DNA of 61,869 nucleotides, counting the filler. It is 9 parts of 9 records of this genome, joined end to end, with 100 filler letters (N's around TTAATTAATTAA, not from the genome) between each part and the next. Parts side by side here need not be neighbours in the genome. Positions count along the whole stretch, not along the records: positions 50,526 to 61,869 come from SRR31156797_31399; 8 more parts are not named here. One strand, given 5' to 3'. Position 1 is the stretch's first letter; each line of letters opens with the position of its first letter. Under the pieces are notes generated by a model, which did no database searches, was not told where the DNA came from, and was given only the letters and a program-made list of their open reading frames with translations. This document shows positions 59,378 to 61,869 of this stretch, in pieces. The position numbers and the translations under genes are program-made.

Positions 59378-60892
59378 CTATTGGCTGGCCAGCGCCAATG
59401 CTTCGGAGGTTGCCCTCGCATTCTCAAAATTGTTGATCAAATTTTCGACCGAGATATGCATGGCGTCCAGGATTGGCCCAGGATATATCCCGAACGCGAT
59501 GACAAGAAAAACAAGTGGCGCAAACACCAACATTTCCCGAGGATTCAGGTCCAGGATCTTCTGTAGATCCTCTTTCGTCAATTTCCCAAAAATAACCCTG
59601 CGATAAAGATAAAGCATATAAACCGCGCCGAGCACCAGACCGGTCGCAGTCAAGGCAGCGACCCATGTATTGGCTTGAAAAGCGCCGACTAAAACCAACA
59701 CTTCGCCAACGAATCCACTGGTTCCAGGCAGACCAACAGATGCCAACATGAAAATCATGAATGCCGCACCGTATGCGGGCATGCGATGAACGAGTCCTTC
59801 GTAGTCGGCAATCCGGCGAGAGTGCATGCGGTCGTAAACGACACCGACGATCAGGAAAAGCGCGCCAGATACGATCCCGTGACTAAGCGACTGGAAAATA
59901 GCGCCTTCAATTCCCTGGATAGTTAGGCTGAATGTCCCGACGGTAACAAATCCCATATGGGCGACCGATGAGTATGCAATCAGTTTCTTCATGTCTTCTT
60001 GGGCCAGCGCCACAAGAGAGGTGTAGATCACTGCTACAATGCTGAGAGCAAATATCAACGGTGTGAATTGGACCGTCGCATCTGGAAACATCGGAATCGA
60101 AAAGCGGAGGAATCCGTATGCTCCGAACTTTAACAAAACGCCGGCAAGGATGACTGATCCAGCAGTTGGTGCCTCGACATGGGCGTCTGGTAACCATGTG
60201 TGTACTGGCCACATCGGTAGCTTGACCGCAAAGGACGCGAAGAAGGCAAGCCAGAGCCATGTCTGCATAGCGGGAGTGAAGCCGAACATCATCAGTTCTG
60301 GAATGTCGGCAGTGCCCGCAGTGAAATACATGGCCAGGATTGCCAAAAGCATTAGGACGGAGCCGACCAACGTAAACAAGAAGAACTTGAATGCAGCGTA
60401 GACACGACGCGGTCCACCCCATACCCCAATGATTAGAAACATCGGGATCAGTACGCCTTCGAAGAATATGTAAAAAAGCACGATATCGAGGGAGCAGAAC
60501 ATGCCCACCATCATCACTTCCATCGCCAGGAAAGCGATCATGTATTCTTTGATGCGTGTTTTGATAGATTCCCAACTGGCGAGAATGCAGATCGGAGTTA
60601 GTAAGGTCGTCAAAAGAACGAACAGTATTGATATACCATCAACACCGACGCGATATGTGAGTTTGAACTCCGGAATCCAGTTCATCTGATCCTCGAACTG
60701 GAACTCTGCCGTCGTTTTGTCAAACCCGAACCAGAGGAAAAGCGACATGACGAAGGTGACACTAGAGGCCCAGAGGGCCACATTTCTCGAATTTCTTGCT
60801 ACCGTCGTTTCGTCACCTCGTACCATGAATATCATGGCGACACCGACGAGTGGCAAGAAGATCACAAGTGAAAGGATTGGAAATTCCGTCAT
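59378..60892 (-). CDS. nuoM: NADH-quinone oxidoreductase subunit M
   Basis: [35 protein letters not shown]. Confidence 0.96.
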   Translation of the reverse strand: MTEFPILSLVIFLPLVGVAMIFMVRGDETTVARNSRNVALWASSVTFVMSLFLWFGFDKTTAEFQFEDQMNWIPEFKLTYRVGVDGISILFVLLTTLLTPICILASWESIKTRIKEYMIAFLAMEVMMVGMFCSLDIVLFYIFFEGVLIPMFLIIGVWGGPRRVYAAFKFFLFTLVGSVLMLLAILAMYFTAGTADIPELMMFGFTPAMQTWLWLAFFASFAVKLPMWPVHTWLPDAHVEAPTAGSVILAGVLLKFGAYGFLRFSIPMFPDATVQFTPLIFALSIVAVIYTSLVALAQEDMKKLIAYSSVAHMGFVTVGTFSLTIQGIEGAIFQSLSHGIVSGALFLIVGVVYDRMHSRRIADYEGLVHRMPAYGAAFMIFMLASVGLPGTSGFVGEVLVLVGAFQANTWVAALTATGLVLGAVYMLYLYRRVIFGKLTKEDLQKILDLNPREMLVFAPLVFLVIAFGIYPGPILDAMHISVENLINNFENARATSEALALASQ

Positions 60893-60899
60893 CGTCGCC

Positions 60900-61869
60900 T
60901 CAGCCTGCCTGTGCCACAAGGTACCAAGAAATCAGGAGTACAACGCCAATCAACATCGCGAAAGCGTAGTGGTATAGGTATCCACTTTGGAGCCGCGAAC
61001 CGCGTCGCGCCAAATTCAAGGTAGCTGCAGACAGGCCGTCTGGTCCCAGGCCATCAATGAGTTTGCTATCGCCGGTTTTCCATAGTTGCTTTCCGACGTA
61101 AAACGCTGGCCTAACGAATAGGGCGTCATAGATTTCATCAAAATACCATTTGTGGATAAGGAAGGTATGGATCCCCCGGAACCGTGCCGCCAATGCGCGA
61201 GGCACTCCAGGTGCCAGAAAATAGAGAAGGTAAGCAAAAGCGATGCCTGCAATCCCGACACCAAGCGGTAGCCACTTCACCCAGGCTGGAACATGGTGGG
61301 CGTTCTCTAGCGCTTGATGGCTAGGCAGGATAAGGATGGCATTTTCCCAGAATCTTGCTGCGGTTTCACCGACGAATGATGAGTAACCGACGAAACCCAT
61401 GAACGCGGCACCTGTTGCCAGAACGATCAGAGGTATCAACATAATTTTCGGAGATTCATGAACATGGGCGAGAACCTGTTCATCAGCCCGTGAAGTCCCG
61501 TGGAAGGTCATGATCAATAACCGCCACGAATAGAATGCCGTCAAGAAGGCGGCCAGAATTCCCATCCAGAAGGCAAAGTTACCAACACCTGTATGAGCTG
61601 CGTAGGCCGCTTCAAGAATGATATCTTTTGAATAAAAACCGGCGAACGGCCAAACGCCGGCGAGCGCCAGCGAACCGATCCACATCACGGCATAGGTGAC
61701 AGGGATCATTTTCCACAGGCCTCCCATATTGCGCATGTCTTGTTCGTCGGACATGGCGTGAATCACCGAACCCGCACCCAGGAACAGTAACGATTTGAAA
61801 AACGCATGGGTGACAAGATGGAAAATGCCGGCCGAAAAAGCCGAAACGCCGCAAGCAAAAAACATATAA
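60900..61869 (-). CDS. nuoL: NADH-quinone oxidoreductase subunit L, C-terminal part (5'-truncated)
   Basis: HLVTHAFFKSLLFLGAGSVIH, QDMRNMGGL, QSGYLYHYA. Confidence 0.96.
   Translation of the reverse strand, partial: YMFFACGVSAFSAGIFHLVTHAFFKSLLFLGAGSVIHAMSDEQDMRNMGGLWKMIPVTYAVMWIGSLALAGVWPFAGFYSKDIILEAAYAAHTGVGNFAFWMGILAAFLTAFYSWRLLIMTFHGTSRADEQVLAHVHESPKIMLIPLIVLATGAAFMGFVGYSSFVGETAARFWENAILILPSHQALENAHHVPAWVKWLPLGVGIAGIAFAYLLYFLAPGVPRALAARFRGIHTFLIHKWYFDEIYDALFVRPAFYVGKQLWKTGDSKLIDGLGPDGLSAATLNLARRGSRLQSGYLYHYAFAMLIGVVLLISWYLVAQAG

Noticed and set aside
53939-61869. nuoLMN-birA-coaX-rnj-mce-DUF1467 gene string as a novel association
   Set aside because: This is a well-known conserved alphaproteobacterial gene order.

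Overview
This window is not one locus. It is a concatenation of nine unrelated contig fragments joined by identical 100-nt artificial spacers (N44-TTAATTAATTAA-N44), so gene neighbourhoods are only meaningful within a fragment. Taxonomic labels below are inferred from composition and gene content. (1) 1-5496, Bacteroidota-like: TPR/LuxR protein, LutA-like Fe-S protein, MsbA-like ABC exporter, purB. (2) 5597-10860, Desulfobacterota-like: membrane protein, PAS-LuxR, two FAD oxidoreductases. (3) 10961-16514, Desulfobacterota-like: beta-propeller/Y_Y_Y-GGDEF, TM2, DUF4177, LysE, NIPSNAP, RecD2. (4) 16615-22468, Bacteroidota-like: CusA/CzcA, a YceI-porin-YceI-Rrf2 operon, pcm, PQQ propeller. (5) 22569-29398, Planctomycetota-like: GH38 mannosidase, selenocysteine-containing selD, GT-C-like membrane proteins. 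(6) 29499-37102, Planctomycetota-like: ubiquitin-like GG-tailed protein plus a giant DUF4132 HEAT-repeat gene with an in-frame TAG, rsfS, folE, RlmI-like methyltransferase. (7) 37203-44037, Desulfobacterota-like: sigma54 type IV pilus cluster. (8) 44138-50425, Spirochaete-like: GAF-HD-GYP, Dabb, Gfo, HDOD, YibE/F plus 5'-nucleotidase. (9) 50526-61869, Alphaproteobacteria-like: rpsI, rplM, MFS, tag, mce, rnj, coaX, birA, nuoLMN. The most interesting signals are the Ubl + DUF4132 pair, the Rrf2-operator-controlled YceI/porin operon, UGA recoding in selD, a 20-bp start-codon duplication, an sRNA candidate and a possibly leaderless YibE/F-nucleotidase operon.
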